From Camelus ferus (lineage: Eukaryota): a stretch of DNA of 64,000 nucleotides. The DNA lies in NCBI RefSeq assembly GCF_009834535.1, contig NC_045696.1, positions 11,906,001 through 11,970,000 of the forward strand. The letters are read 5' to 3'. The translations under genes and the position numbers were made by a program. Below the pieces are notes generated by a model. That model did not search any database and was not told the origin of the DNA. It saw only the letters and a program-made list of their open reading frames with translations. Below, in pieces: positions 62,041 to 64,000 of this stretch (its first letter is position 1; each line of letters opens with the position of its first letter).

Positions 62041-64000
62041 TGCTTCTCCCGTGACCAAATGAGGTCTCCCCAACAGGAACGTTCCCTGAGCTGGCTGTTT
62101 CCAGAGGCTGCAGTACAGAGGACCGTAAGGCTATCCTGGCTACATGTTCTTTTGGGAAGAAGGCGGGACTAAAATTAGAACTTGACTTCTTATCTTTGTA
62201 CATTCGTTGTTCAGCATGACCTAACTCTTAGTGCCAGTAATGATTATGATTGTTTATTGCTGCTGAGTGGAGAGGTGCCTGGAAGATCCCCCACCAGTGA
62301 AAACCCAGATGCTCTCTCCCCCGCAAACCACATGTACCTCTTGTGCAAGGTGCCCAGGACACATGGACGCGGGCCGCCGCCCGGTGTGTGTGGGCAGGAC
62401 AGCATCTGGCCCCACGTGGTTGATTGCAAGTAGGTGCTAAGAGTTCACGGACTTTTCCTCTGTCTTCTTTGTTACCCTTACCCTCTGTTTGCCCTTCCTC
62501 CCCTTCACCCTTCCAGTCACCAGCCTGGGTTGGGTTATAAGTATGTGGGCCACCACTGAGGCCTGAAACTCTTGATCTTGGCTTGTGAGATAAAAGTTGT
62601 TCTGTAAGGAAATGTAATTTGAGGCAATGAAAGCCATGGGGGTTTTAAAATCATGGAAACATATAATTGAAAGATGGAGCTGGAAAAAATTAATTTGAAC
62701 ACCATCATTTAATGGTTGAGGAAATTGAAGGCTCCGGATTTTAAGGAACTTGCCACACACTTGGTCACCGCAGTGTGTGCTGGAGATGGCGTTGAAAGGC
62801 TATCAGAGTTTTCTTGGCCTCTTTTCAGCAGATACTGTATTTTCAGGAATATTTCTGCTTATTGTGTTTTCAGACAGAGAAATCTCTGTTAAGAGTCTCT
62901 AACTTTGGTTGATGAAGAATTTAATTTTAAGTCGCACAACATTCTTGCATCAAATCGAATTTAACGAGGGCTTTGCACACCAAGGCCTCGCCTGAAAGGA
63001 TGAAACTTGTTTTTTTCTCAGGGAGAAGGAAGGCTTTGTCCTGGGTGAATCGAGGGTTTTCAAACACGTCAGTATTCCTGAGCAGATCCTCAGATCACCA
63101 ACCACAGGAGTGGGTGGGATGGGTCCATATTTAGACTTTCAGTCAGTTTCAAATATAAGAGATTGATTTTGGCAATCAGTGGCAGCCAACTGCAAAATGT
63201 ATTCATGAAAAAAGCTTCTGGATTTCCAGAGTGACATCCCAGGATTAACGGGATCTGTGTTTGGATCTGTAATTATGCTGGGGAATCATCTTTTTATTTG
63301 GATTCAGTTAATTTGACTGTGTTAATTAACACCCCTGTTGGGCTTCACCTCACTGCAGGAGGAGGGGGCACGTCCTCCCCAGCTTTGTTGCTGACAGTTG
63401 ACATGGGTGATGGCAGTTGGTGTGAGCGCGTTTTACCTCATTCGTGAGACCCCTTCTCACGAGCTCCACGTGCAAGCTGGGAAACCAGCAGCAAGCTCGG
63501 GTGCAGGCGCAGGCATCCAATTTGCAGACCTTGTCAGCTGAGCTGATGGCAATGCTTTTGGGTTAAGCTGCCTCGCGATTCCTGATCTGCTTGGTTTTGC
63601 AGACCACTGAACAGAAATCCAGAGGGTTCTTGCTTAAGGAAGGCATTTGTGTAACTGAGAACACAATTTAAAAGGAATTTTAAAAGCTGTCTATTGTAGA
63701 TCTAATATAGAAAACAGCAGGATAAAGACTATGTTAAAAGCTTTGGGGAAGATAAACTCTCCATAGTTTTTGTTTGTTTCTGAGTGTAAATTCAATGGAC
63801 AAAGAGAAAGAACTTTCTCCCCCACGTGACAAATGTTGTTTTCCAACTTGCCTGTTTCTTTATTACACAGCCCTCTTAGGTCTGTTTAGCTAGTTCTTAT
63901 GTAAATATCCATTGACAGTACAAATGCCTTATGAGGGTGTCGTGGTTTATAGTTTTCCAAAGTGTTTTATGTAAATCTTTTCCTCGGTGGGAGTGCGTGA

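Noticed and set aside
1..64000. CRISPR array, operon, endogenous viral gene, NUMT or processed pseudogene
   Set aside because: No repeat-spacer periodicity and no gene-dense organisation. I could not recognise gag/pol/env, mitochondrial or cellular-protein similarity.

Overview
Mammalian, repeat-rich, non-coding DNA, most likely camelid (Camelus/Vicugna/Lama), judged from three tRNA-Ala-derived vic-1-type SINEs. I find no credible cellular protein-coding exon. The only recognisable protein similarity in the ORF track is LINE-1 ORF2. Nearly all L1s, all three vic-1-type SINEs and all four clearly oriented LTRs lie on the minus strand, which suggests an intron of a large + strand gene that I cannot name. 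The best observations are retrotransposition footprints visible directly in the sequence. (1) A probable L1 3' transduction: ~260 bp of non-repeat DNA plus an L1 tail inside a perfect 16-bp TSD at 59446-59920. (2) A very young 5'-truncated L1 with an intact ORF2 C-terminus, a perfect 17-bp TSD and a TT/AAAA site. (3) Nested insertions that give relative ages. There is also a speculative ATG-containing exon at 26464-26554. I see no support for a novel multi-gene system. Repeat family names come from my recollection of consensus sequences, not a database search, and boundaries of old repeats are approximate.
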